Shown: positions 8,442-17,299 of the stretch, one piece after another
Position numbering within the stretch: position 1 is the first letter of the stretch
Layout of the letters: every line of letters begins with the position of its first letter
Source of the DNA: Patescibacteria group bacterium
GTDB lineage: Bacteria > Patescibacteriota > Microgenomatia > UBA1400 > MFAQ01
Length of the DNA: 64,000 bases
Direction of reading: 5' to 3'
Assembly: GCA_943355005.1 (NCBI GenBank)
Contig: CALRDV010000003.1
Coordinates: 72,590 to 136,589, forward strand
The notes under the pieces: model-generated
Seen by the model: the letters and a program-made list of their open reading frames with translations, nothing else
The model's database searches: none
Told to the model about the DNA's origin: nothing
Position numbers and translations under genes: made by a program

Positions 8442-8666
8442 GTGGCACTAGTAGCTAAAAGAAAACAAGGACAAAGTACACAACAGCTTATAAGTGAGTT
8501 TAAGAAGCTTACTTATGAAGATCAGGGACTTGATAAAGTTCGAGCGGTTGGCATGTCCGGATTTCTTAAACCTTCAAAAGTTAAGAATATCAAAATGACG
8601 GAATTACGTAAAGCTTCGGCTCGCATTCGCAGACGAAACAAACGCAACGCCGGTATTACCAAGTAA
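8442..8666 (+). CDS. rpsU: Putative 30S ribosomal protein S21.
   Basis: 74 aa basic protein. The arrangement LISEFKK...VRAVG..FLKPSKVK...RIRRRNKR resembles S21, with weak identity. GTG start. Confidence 0.5.
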   Translation: MALVAKRKQGQSTQQLISEFKKLTYEDQGLDKVRAVGMSGFLKPSKVKNIKMTELRKASARIRRRNKRNAGITK

Positions 8667-8705
8667 CATTAGTTATTTTGGACTTAGACACACTCCGAGA
8701 GGGGT

Positions 8706-9170
8706 GTGTTTTTGGTTCTAGCGTATAATTTAGCTATGCTATATTCAAAACTCAAAACAGATTTGGTGACGGCTCAAAAAGCAGGCGATCATAAGCTGGT
8801 GGATGCTCTCAAACTACTTTCATCTGAACTTTCGTATGCTCAGGTAGACTTTAAGGATGGTGAACTTTCTGATGAGGTAGTTGTCAAAGTTCTTATGAAG
8901 GAAGCCAAGAAGAGGCGTGACTCGATAGAGATTTATGAAAAATTGTCCTCGATGGAAAGAGTTGATCAGGAGAAGTATGAGCTTAAAGTAATTGAAAGTT
9001 ATCTGCCTCAGATGATGAGCGAAGAAGAAGTGGGACTCGAAGTGGACAAGACAGCTGTCGAAACAGGTTTGACCGGTGGTAGACTGATGGGAGCAGTGAT
9101 GGGTAAGCTTAGAGGTAAAGTAGATGGGGGAGTGGTTCAGAAGGTAGTGATGGCTAAATTCCCGGGATAG
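8706..9170 (+). CDS. yqeY: GatB/YqeY domain protein.
   Basis: LKTDLVTAQKAGDHKLVDALKLL...YLPQMMSEEEV pattern. The true start may be an internal Met near 8736. Confidence 0.8.
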   Translation: MFLVLAYNLAMLYSKLKTDLVTAQKAGDHKLVDALKLLSSELSYAQVDFKDGELSDEVVVKVLMKEAKKRRDSIEIYEKLSSMERVDQEKYELKVIESYLPQMMSEEEVGLEVDKTAVETGLTGGRLMGAVMGKLRGKVDGGVVQKVVMAKFPG

Positions 9171-9246
9171 AACTTCCAGTTTATAATCTTGGCTGTTATA
9201 ATCTGCGGGTAAGACGCTCGTACATTTCTTTTTAGTCGGAGGATAA

Positions 9247-9504
9247 ATGCTTGTAACTCCTGTAAAGAAGTCAAGGAAGACCAAAAAGTTTAAGCCTTTT
9301 AATGTGTATTGTGTTGTACATAAAGATTTTCGTGTTTCATCTCTGACAGATGTTCAGGTCGCACCTGGGACAGGACCGACAGGTGGAGGGTACGTACGGG
9401 CATTTGTAATTTGCCCAAAGTGCATCAAGGGCGCAGAGATCGCGAAGATAAATGTTCCAAGTGATTTGAGACTTGACCTGATAGAAATGAAGAAAGCCGA
9501 GTAG
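9247..9504 (+). CDS. Small Cys/His-containing protein, paralog 1 of a tandem trio.
   Basis: 85 aa. C-x2-H ... FVICPKC ... LDLIEMKKA resembles the ORF at 9896. Terminator at 9514-9543. Confidence 0.5.
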   Translation: MLVTPVKKSRKTKKFKPFNVYCVVHKDFRVSSLTDVQVAPGTGPTGGGYVRAFVICPKCIKGAEIAKINVPSDLRLDLIEMKKAE

Positions 9505-9626
9505 TTGTATTGAAGCGGTTGCTTATGTGACCGCTTTTTTTGTGGCTTGACAAGGGGTGTTTGATAGTGTAATATAGACACTATCGATGTAAGTTATCCC
9601 GGTACACTTAAATTAAGGAGTCTCAA

Positions 9627-9860
9627 ATGAGAACTTTTGAAATGGAATGCGACAACTGTTGCAAAATATTGACTGTAGATGGTGTAGATCAGATTATTAA
9701 GAAGTTCAAGAGAGGGTCAAAAGCCGGGGAAGTCGAGTATTTGGTGGAGTGTGATGTTTGCCATTGTCACACCAAAGTTCCAAATTGGACTTTATCTGAG
9801 GTTGAAAAGGCATTGAGGCCAATTCTGGTTTCTGAGTCGTTAGAAGCAGTCTTGGTATAA
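9627..9860 (+). CDS. Small Cys-rich protein (CDNCC ... CDVCHCH), middle member of the trio.
   Basis: 77 aa ORF downstream of a consensus-like promoter (TTGACA-17-TAATAT) that overlaps a palindrome. Confidence 0.5.
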   Translation: MRTFEMECDNCCKILTVDGVDQIIKKFKRGSKAGEVEYLVECDVCHCHTKVPNWTLSEVEKALRPILVSESLEAVLV

Positions 9861-9895
9861 TTTCCTGGTAAGTACATTTAATCGAGGAGGTAAAA

Positions 9896-10147
9896 ATGAC
9901 CGTAAAATCTTCAGACGACGCTAAAAAGGTAGTTTTTCCGATTGAGGTAATTTGTTGGAATCATGGAACAAAAGGAAAGAACCTAACGGTTACTGATTTT
10001 GTGGATGTTGAGTTTAAGGAGAGCTCTGATATGGACGCTGGGGCACCCTCTTTTACTTCAGTATTTGTAGTTTGTCCTTCCTGTGGTCTTCCTGCTTATT
10101 TTACTTATCCCTTGTCCGGGGAACTTCTTGATATGAAGGACGCTTAG
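9896..10147 (+). CDS. Small Cys/His-containing protein, paralog of the ORF at 9247.
   Basis: 83 aa with VICWNHG ... FVVCPSCG ... ELLDMKDA. GGAGG ribosome-binding site. Terminator at 10154-10181. Confidence 0.5.
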   Translation: MTVKSSDDAKKVVFPIEVICWNHGTKGKNLTVTDFVDVEFKESSDMDAGAPSFTSVFVVCPSCGLPAYFTYPLSGELLDMKDA

Positions 10148-10215
10148 CTTGGTAGCGATCCACTTTGGTGGGTCGCTTTTTGTATCGAAATGGGCGATAG
10201 GTTAGAATAGAGGGA

Positions 10216-10599
10216 ATGAAACTTCAATTAATCATTTCAGCTGATAGCCGATACAGCTTTGACCGTAAACAAGTTAGGGCGGGTTTGGAAAAAACACTAA
10301 ATGAACAGGGTGTGGATGGAAAAGTAATTATTTCACTTAGTGTAGTAGGAGAAAGAAAGATTCGAGAACTGGAAAAGAAATATTTTAATCGCGATGAAGT
10401 GACAGATGTTTTATCCTTTCCTCTGGAAGAGGGGGTTGAGATGCCGACCGGTACCGACGGTTTAAACCTCGGAGATATTGTAGTTTGCTATCCACAAGCC
10501 AAGAGGCAGGCGATGCAGTGGAATAAACTAATTGATGACGAAATTGAGTTCTTGGCTTGTCATGGACTGCTCCACCTTTTGGGGGTTCATCACGACTGA
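10216..10599 (+). CDS. ybeY: Endoribonuclease YbeY, rRNA maturation factor.
   Basis: C-terminal HGLLHLLGVHHD motif, 127 aa. Confidence 0.85.
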   Translation: MKLQLIISADSRYSFDRKQVRAGLEKTLNEQGVDGKVIISLSVVGERKIRELEKKYFNRDEVTDVLSFPLEEGVEMPTGTDGLNLGDIVVCYPQAKRQAMQWNKLIDDEIEFLACHGLLHLLGVHHD

Positions 10600-10610
10600 G
10601 GATATTTTAA

Positions 10611-10700
10611 CTGTCATTCTGAACTCGATTCAGAATCCAGAAATACCTGGATGTCCCTCACCAGATCGGGACTTTCAGCCCTATCAGGTCCGGCATGACA
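10611..10700 (+). repeat. Composite hairpin repeat: a type D unit (gtcattctgaactcgattcagaatcc) followed by a type C unit carrying an internal ~27-nt insertion.
   Basis: Same arrangement as 27746-27812. Confidence 0.8.
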
Positions 10701-10729
10701 ATTTTTTTGTGTAAAATAGGATATGCACA

Positions 10730-11086
10730 TTGAGAGGAGAAGTTATGAAGCTTATTTTGGTTACTGATCTCAACAATGAAGAAATTGCCAGAAACATTGT
10801 ATATATGTTGGGCAAGAATGAATTCGATATTGTGACTGACTATTTTGACTCAAATGGTAAGTTTACGGATCGCAAGGTGATGAGGAAGAAAACTTTATCT
10901 CATATGGATCCCGGTTCGTTTACCATCAACAATGGGCTTACGCGAATTCCATTTTTGGGAAGTAGGGCCATAATTTGGGATTTAAAGTGTGAGCATGTGA
11001 CAGTTGATTTTCAGGGTGACGGTGTAATTTTTTTGAATAGAATTTTGAAGGATAACAAAACAATTTCCAGAACAATTCTTGTTTAG
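10730..11086 (+). CDS. Hypothetical protein.
   Basis: 118 aa ORF with a terminator-like hairpin at 11100-11125. Confidence 0.5.
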   Translation: MRGEVMKLILVTDLNNEEIARNIVYMLGKNEFDIVTDYFDSNGKFTDRKVMRKKTLSHMDPGSFTINNGLTRIPFLGSRAIIWDLKCEHVTVDFQGDGVIFLNRILKDNKTISRTILV

Positions 11087-11282
11087 TCCTCTATCCCTCA
11101 CATCCAGTGGGGGATTTTTTGTGCCTGATATTCGGATATTTTTCGTCTGTCTTATAGAAAATTTCAAGTGATAATTACTCAGGCACGGGTTTATAGAATG
11201 ACCCGCTGTAGCGGTTAAAGTAATGAAAATGAGCAAGTTTTATGCAGTTGACATCGAGTGTGAAAAGCCATAAGGTGTTAGT

Positions 11283-12836
11283 GTGAGTTTTTATCAAAAA
11301 TACCGTCCAAAGAAAATTGCGGAACTAGACTTGGCGTCTGTTCGTGATGTCCTACTTTCTACTCTTTCTTCCGGAAAGATTTCCCATGCATATTTGTTTG
11401 TTGGTCCCCGTGGTTCAGGAAAGACTAGTACGGCTCGAATCTTGGCTCAAATCGTTAACTGCGAAAAAAATCAAGGTAAATCAAAAGATTTTGCCGAACC
11501 ATGTACTGAGTGTGAAGCCTGCCAAGTCATCAGTAGGGGGAGTAGTGTAGATGTCATCGAGATTGATGCGGCCAGTAATGGACTAGTAGATGATATTCGG
11601 GAACTGCGGGACAGAGTTAGACTTTCGCCTGTCCAGCTGAAGAAAAAGGTCTACATAATTGATGAGGTCCACATGGTATCCACAGCGGGCTTCAACGCTC
11701 TTTTGAAGACACTTGAAGAGCCCCCCGCACATGCTTTGTTCATTCTCTGTACTACGGAATCTCAAAAAGTTCCCGAGACTATAGTGAGTCGTTGCGCCAG
11801 GGTAAATTTTACAAAAGCTACTATTGATGAAGTGGTTGGCTCTCTGATGAAAGCAGTTAAAGGAGAGAAGATTAGTATCGAAGATGAGATTTTAAGGGAG
11901 ATTGCTGAGGCAACGGATGGTAGTTTTCGTGAAGGGCATAAAATTCTAGAACAAATTTCTTCCTATGGTTCCAAAATAGATGAAGTGGTGTTAGCTAAAG
12001 TGCTGGGGGTAGTAGGTAGACATTCGGTAGTTAAACTTTTGGAAGCAGTTAATTCTGGGGACACAGGAGTAATCACAAAGATGTTTGATGAGATGGAAAA
12101 AACCGGTGTTAAAGCGTCGTTGCTTAGCTCTTCACTTCTTACGGCTGCTAAACTCGAAATGGAAAATAAATTGAAGATTGGAGAAAGTCCGTCGAAGTAT
12201 CTAAAGATGATTGACAGTTTGATTACGGCTTCCGATAGAATAAAAATTTCACCTTTGCCAATGCTACCTCTAGAAATTGCACTACTAGCACTAGCACTTG
12301 AAGATGGTGGAGGAGGGATCCGCCCAAAAGTCCAAACGCCTGCCCCGGATCCGGAAATCCGCCAAGATTCCATGGTTAAAGCCAGTGTAGAAAGCTTGAT
12401 AAAGAAAGAAGAAACTCCTGTGATGGATATTATTAGTACTCATGTGGCCACTTCAAATACTACACCAGATTCTCTTGTAAATATTGAAAGTGTAAAGACC
12501 GGGTGGGTCGATTTTCTGAATCATATGTCCGTGAGTAATGGTTCACTGGCCGGTATGTTGCGATTGGTTTCACCTGTTGATGTGCAAGGAAAATCATTAA
12601 CGATTTCCGTTACTTCCAGATTTCATTTGGATATGTTGGAGAGAGATGTAAAGAGAAAACTCATCGAGGAGCAGATGGCCAAAGTTTGGGGTCCGATGAC
12701 TTTTAAATGTATCCTGACGGATAAGGTGATAAGGACGGAACCTCTAGTAGAAGATGCTAATGTTTCTGAGCCGAAGGACGAAGTTCTGAACGCTACCGGC
12801 AGTGTTATGTCTGCCGCGGAGAAGATTTTTGGGTAA
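11283..12836 (+). CDS. dnaX: DNA polymerase III subunit gamma/tau.
   Basis: YQKYRPKKIAEL...GPRGSGKTSTARILAQ Walker A and a CTECEACQ zinc module. GTG start. Confidence 0.9.
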   Translation: MSFYQKYRPKKIAELDLASVRDVLLSTLSSGKISHAYLFVGPRGSGKTSTARILAQIVNCEKNQGKSKDFAEPCTECEACQVISRGSSVDVIEIDAASNGLVDDIRELRDRVRLSPVQLKKKVYIIDEVHMVSTAGFNALLKTLEEPPAHALFILCTTESQKVPETIVSRCARVNFTKATIDEVVGSLMKAVKGEKISIEDEILREIAEATDGSFREGHKILEQISSYGSKIDEVVLAKVLGVVGRHSVVKLLEAVNSGDTGVITKMFDEMEKTGVKASLLSSSLLTAAKLEMENKLKIGESPSKYLKMIDSLITASDRIKISPLPMLPLEIALLALALEDGGGGIRPKVQTPAPDPEIRQDSMVKASVESLIKKEETPVMDIISTHVATSNTTPDSLVNIESVKTGWVDFLNHMSVSNGSLAGMLRLVSPVDVQGKSLTISVTSRFHLDMLERDVKRKLIEEQMAKVWGPMTFKCILTDKVIRTEPLVEDANVSEPKDEVLNATGSVMSAAEKIFG

Positions 12837-12888
12837 TGATGGTGAGGTTTGATATACAATAGGAGATGTTAGAAATTACGAAATAAAC

Positions 12889-13182
12889 ATGTTTAACGGA
12901 ATAAAACAATTTGGCGCTCAGGGTGCTGCTCTTACCAAACTAGCCTTACTTCAGAGGAAGATTGCCGGTCACAAGACCGAGATTGAAGATGGAGACGTCA
13001 GGGCTGTAGTTACGGGAGACGGTAAGCTTAAAGAACTCTACGTGGGTGGTGAGAATATGAATCAAGCCGTAAAAGTCATTAATGAAGCTATCACCAAGGC
13101 TCAAAAATACGCCGCCGAGGAAATGAAGGATTCGATGGGAGACTTGTCTAAGGTATTAGGCAATCTACCGAAAGGGGCTTAG
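12889..13182 (+). CDS. ybaB: Nucleoid-associated protein YbaB/EbfC.
   Basis: 97 aa immediately downstream of dnaX, with a YbaB-like pattern (GGENMNQAVKVINEAITKAQ). Confidence 0.85.
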   Translation: MFNGIKQFGAQGAALTKLALLQRKIAGHKTEIEDGDVRAVVTGDGKLKELYVGGENMNQAVKVINEAITKAQKYAAEEMKDSMGDLSKVLGNLPKGA

Positions 13183-13183
13183 A

Positions 13184-13639
13184 ATGGCGGACACAGAAAA
13201 GATGAGTGAATTAGAGCTAATTGCTTTAAATGAAAGTTTGCAAAAATCTTTGGACCTGTGGAATACTGAGTATCAATATAACAAGGTAGTAGGGAGAAAA
13301 CATTTTGAAATAAAGCATGATGCCAGAAATCATTTTATTGATATTGTTAAAACTCATTTAGAATCTAAACAAAACGTTTTAGATTTAAATTTAGAAATAA
13401 TGGAGAGTAGTGTTAATGAAAAAGAGTTAGTAGGGTTTCTTGAAAAAGTAACTCCAGAGCCAGGGTTTCACATAATCAATGTAAAAAGCCTCGATGAAGG
13501 CGAAAAATCCAAAACTTTACCTAAAATTCTTTTCCCATTAGCTGATACGGATGTGATGTGGGTATCAGGGACAGGAAACAAAGCGTTTATGATAAGACCT
13601 GATGATATTGTTTCGATAAAATTTACGATGCCGTCCTAG
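13184..13639 (+). CDS. Hypothetical protein inserted between ybaB and recR.
   Basis: 151 aa. It starts 2 nt after the ybaB stop, so translational coupling is likely. AT-rich. Confidence 0.55.
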   Translation: MADTEKMSELELIALNESLQKSLDLWNTEYQYNKVVGRKHFEIKHDARNHFIDIVKTHLESKQNVLDLNLEIMESSVNEKELVGFLEKVTPEPGFHIINVKSLDEGEKSKTLPKILFPLADTDVMWVSGTGNKAFMIRPDDIVSIKFTMPS

Positions 13640-13652
13640 CACGAACAATTCA

Positions 13653-15341
13653 ATGGAAATTATTTATGACGAGGTTGATGATGGGCTATCGGTAGAAGAT
13701 TTGCGTGAGAAATATTTTAATCTTGAGTTTTCCAACTTTTACGAACATAGTCATTCATTATTAAATAATTCTAATCGAATTGAGAATTTTTTGTGGCGTG
13801 AACCATTGAGAAAAATGAATTTAGATTTTATAAACAGAGCCGGAATCCTAATTTTGAGTGCGGAAGAAGATAAAAATGTCAATTTTTCAGTCTACAGAAG
13901 TTTATTGGCAAATTGGTTGAAAAAATCAAGTGAAGTAATGTCGACCGGATATGAGCCGAATCAATTATTTGCAAAAATTTTAAATGATGGGTTAAATAGG
14001 TATAGAAAATTTCTTGAAATAGAAAATGATCAAAATTTAAAAAAAGATATAACTTTTCTAGAATCCTCAGGTAGTATTGTTAGAGAACTTTCTAATCTCT
14101 CAAACACAACCGGTTTAGAATCGATAATTGGTGACAATTTAGAATATTTTGCTTGTGGTAAAAACGTGGAGGATCGGACGGCTTATTTTAATAACTTGGG
14201 GCTGATGGCTGACCACGACTTGGAGTTAGAAATATTGACAAAGATTGTTGCAAATCTAAACGTAGATGATTCCATAGATTTGTCTCAGACATTTTCCGTA
14301 GAAGGGGTTTCCGAAATTAATCACGCGGATTTAAACCGTAAGCAAGACGAAATCGATGTACCTCTAAAAATTTGCTATGTTTTAGCTCATGCAAAAGAAA
14401 ATAATAAAGTGGAAGAGTTTATTAAGGTATTTAAGGGATATTGTGACAGGCGTTCGTCTGTCGGTTATAGTACTTCAATTGAAGATGGACTAGTTTATAG
14501 ATTAATTGAAAGTAATATATTTTCTAAATATTCCCTGAGCGAGAATCTGGCAGATTGGTTATTTAAAGCTAAAGTAGAAAAAGTTAAAGTTGATTATTCG
14601 GAGAACAGAGCCTTTTGGAATGAAATTGCAGGTGAAACTCACTTGGACGAGGTTTGTGAAAGAATGTCCAAAATGGATCCTGAGCGAAGAATGGACTTAT
14701 TAAAAAAATGGCTACCGGACGAAGATGAATTTGTTCACAAGTTTATAGCTCAGTTAATGAATTCCGGGGTTCATAGTAGTTTAGATGAGAAGAAGGAATG
14801 GAGTGTGTGGATCGATTTACTGGATAAAAATATTGAAGTTCTTATCCAGTCCAAAAAATTGAAAGAAATCTGGGAGAGTATTGGTGCTTCACCCCAAACT
14901 CTTCTATATCAACTTGGCTTTTGGTTAGCAAATTTTCCTGTACAAAGTTTGAAAAACGTAGGTACTGAACAGCTGGATTTAATTGAAGGTGTATCACTTG
15001 GTGGATGGCGGTCTAAACTTTGTGGAAATGCTGAAATTTACTTTATTGAGGCGTTTAGTTTAAACAAAATTACTTCCTTTTATGATGGTGCTTTGCTGTA
15101 CAAAGGTTTGGGAGAAGGGGCAGCTATTTGTACTAGAGATTTTGTGGTTGAGTCAGACACGGGACGAAAAAGTATTTTTAAACGTGGTTGTTATTACGTT
15201 CCGGTATATGGTACGAGTACAAACAACTGGTCTCTTGCAAGACCTCCGGGTGGAGATGAACTACCTAGAACTTCTCAAGATTTAATGCGATTAGCTGATA
15301 GATGGAATGAAAATCATCCCGAAGTAAAACAGCAAGTTTAA
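13653..15341 (+). CDS. Large hypothetical protein (562 aa) with no recognisable motif.
   Basis: Long uninterrupted ORF that is AT-rich compared with its flanks. Confidence 0.6.
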   Translation: MEIIYDEVDDGLSVEDLREKYFNLEFSNFYEHSHSLLNNSNRIENFLWREPLRKMNLDFINRAGILILSAEEDKNVNFSVYRSLLANWLKKSSEVMSTGYEPNQLFAKILNDGLNRYRKFLEIENDQNLKKDITFLESSGSIVRELSNLSNTTGLESIIGDNLEYFACGKNVEDRTAYFNNLGLMADHDLELEILTKIVANLNVDDSIDLSQTFSVEGVSEINHADLNRKQDEIDVPLKICYVLAHAKENNKVEEFIKVFKGYCDRRSSVGYSTSIEDGLVYRLIESNIFSKYSLSENLADWLFKAKVEKVKVDYSENRAFWNEIAGETHLDEVCERMSKMDPERRMDLLKKWLPDEDEFVHKFIAQLMNSGVHSSLDEKKEWSVWIDLLDKNIEVLIQSKKLKEIWESIGASPQTLLYQLGFWLANFPVQSLKNVGTEQLDLIEGVSLGGWRSKLCGNAEIYFIEAFSLNKITSFYDGALLYKGLGEGAAICTRDFVVESDTGRKSIFKRGCYYVPVYGTSTNNWSLARPPGGDELPRTSQDLMRLADRWNENHPEVKQQV

Positions 15342-15357
15342 GATAGAATTATAGATT

Positions 15358-15966
15358 ATGAGAAGTATCCGCCCTGTTCAGAAAGTTATAGATGCGTTTG
15401 AGTCTTTGCCCGGTATTGGGCCCAAGTCGGCGGCTAGACTGGCATATTATTTATTGAATGTGCCACAGGATAAATTATCTCGTTTTGCACAGGCATTGGA
15501 GAATCTTAAGAAGGATACCAAGCTTTGTGCTTTGTGTTTTAACGTTGGTGAGGAGGAGTTTTGTCCTGTGTGTCAAGAAGAAGCAAGAGATAAAAGTTTG
15601 GTTTGTGTGGTAGAAACATCCTTGGATTTGTTGGCTTTTGAGAGAGCGGATGGATTTAAAGGTGTTTATCATGTCCTTGGTGGCTCAGTAAATCCTTTGG
15701 CCGGTATTGGTCCAAATGATTTAAGAATTCCTCAGCTGATGGCGAGACTGAAAATTGGAGAAATAAAGGAGTTGATAATTGCGACAAATCCAAACATGGA
15801 AGGGGAAGCGACGGCGATGTTTATCATTGAACGGATGAAGGAACTTGGACTGAAAGATATTGTTAGAGTGACTAGGATTGGTAGGGGTCTGCCGACGGGA
15901 GCTGATATCGAGTATGCGGACGGACAAACTCTCACCAGAGCCTTGGAAGGTCGAGGAGAGATGTAG
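15358..15966 (+). CDS. recR: Recombination protein RecR.
   Basis: C4 zinc finger CALC...CPVC and a Toprim-like C-terminal region. Conserved dnaX-ybaB-recR context. Confidence 0.9.
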   Translation: MRSIRPVQKVIDAFESLPGIGPKSAARLAYYLLNVPQDKLSRFAQALENLKKDTKLCALCFNVGEEEFCPVCQEEARDKSLVCVVETSLDLLAFERADGFKGVYHVLGGSVNPLAGIGPNDLRIPQLMARLKIGEIKELIIATNPNMEGEATAMFIIERMKELGLKDIVRVTRIGRGLPTGADIEYADGQTLTRALEGRGEM

Positions 15967-16048
15967 TCTAGTGTTGATGCTTGACGCGCAGTTTACCTCA
16001 TGATATTATAGGGTGACCGTTATTTCACAAGTTAATTGGAGGTGTTAG

Positions 16049-16588
16049 ATGATATTGAGTGTTAACATAAGCACGACAAATCAAGTTGTTGATGATCTGG
16101 TACTAAAGGCGGGATTTGACCATCCGGAGCTTATTTGGGAGGCATTGCCGGTTTCTGGGACTAAACCGCAAAACCCGAATCTTTCTGGTATGAGCCGGGT
16201 TCAGTTTTATGAACAGGTGGATAAGTATCTAAGTGAGCTTAGAGAAACTCAAGAAAGACTATTACTGATTGTAGCTGCACTTTCACAGTGGCTGGAATCT
16301 TGTGGTCGCCCTAAACTCGAAAACTTGAAGCCGAGTGATATGTCAGACAAGGAAGCCTTGAAGGTGCACCTTGACTATTTTAGGCTCGTGGTCATGGTTG
16401 AAAGACAGATTATGTCTTGCAAGGGTACTGCTATTAATGCCTATAATGCCAGGCTTGAAGCTACGAGAGTTTTAGCAAAAGTGTATTTAGAAGAAGCTGA
16501 CTTGGTGAAGGAATTGATACGATTAGGTTTTACTTTTGAAAAAAGTAAGCCTGAGCGATCGAGTTGGTGGCTATTTTTGAAATGGTAA
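16049..16588 (+). CDS. Hypothetical protein.
   Basis: 179 aa ORF. Terminator at 16591-16615 (gccggggttattcccggt followed by T7). Confidence 0.55.
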   Translation: MILSVNISTTNQVVDDLVLKAGFDHPELIWEALPVSGTKPQNPNLSGMSRVQFYEQVDKYLSELRETQERLLLIVAALSQWLESCGRPKLENLKPSDMSDKEALKVHLDYFRLVVMVERQIMSCKGTAINAYNARLEATRVLAKVYLEEADLVKELIRLGFTFEKSKPERSSWWLFLKW

Positions 16589-16631
16589 AAGCCGGGGTTA
16601 TTCCCGGTTTTTTTGTGGAAAGTGCCTAGAC

Positions 16632-16660
16632 TTGACAAGCCTATAGTAATGTGATATAAT
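16632..16660 (+). promoter_or_regulatory. Near-perfect sigma70 promoter (TTGACA, 17 nt, extended -10 TGaTATAAT).
   Basis: Read directly from cttgacaagcctatagtaatgtgatataat. Confidence 0.6.
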
Positions 16661-16807
16661 ATCCACAAGTTATCAGAGGGATATAGGGGGATAGTACGAA
16701 AGGGTCTAGGCAGCGTCCTTTAATGAGATTGAGTTCTGAATCAGAACCCAACTTTCTCGCTGTTTTAAAAATTAACCCGGGTCACCATTTGGTGACCCGG
16801 GTATTTC

Positions 16808-17299
16808 GTGTCAAAATATCTATTTATCTTCTTGGGACTTGGTTATAATGAATTAATGCCCGCACCACTAGGAGGAATTGGCCAACAGGTGGCCGACAAT
16901 TTATTTGAACTTGGGAAAAGTACTGCTAAATCCGTTGCCAAAGCGGGCACTGATTTGGCACAAACCACTATTGAGCAAATAATGGGAGCGCCAAGTGGGG
17001 TTGGGGACCCCGCTCAGAACAAGCCAAAAGAATCTTCTTCTCAAGAAATCGAAAGAAAAAAGGCGGAAGGTAAGCAGAAAGATGCTCAGCAATATAACCG
17101 AGTAAAAGCCGAGCTGGAACAGTACCGACAGAGGAAGCAGCAGCTGGATCAGCAAATTGCCAATGAAAAAGCTCAGGAGAATCGAGTGAAGCAGCAAGAA
17201 GAGGGGCAAGAAAAACAAAAGAAGGAGAGTTTTATTCAAAAATTGTTACATAAAGCTGCCGGGGGAGCTCACGGGGAGACTGATAGACAAAAAGAGTAA
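16808..17299 (+). CDS. Hypothetical protein with a Gln/Lys-rich coiled-coil C-terminus.
   Basis: 163 aa ORF. The start is uncertain and an internal Met is possible. Confidence 0.5.
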   Translation: MSKYLFIFLGLGYNELMPAPLGGIGQQVADNLFELGKSTAKSVAKAGTDLAQTTIEQIMGAPSGVGDPAQNKPKESSSQEIERKKAEGKQKDAQQYNRVKAELEQYRQRKQQLDQQIANEKAQENRVKQQEEGQEKQKKESFIQKLLHKAAGGAHGETDRQKE

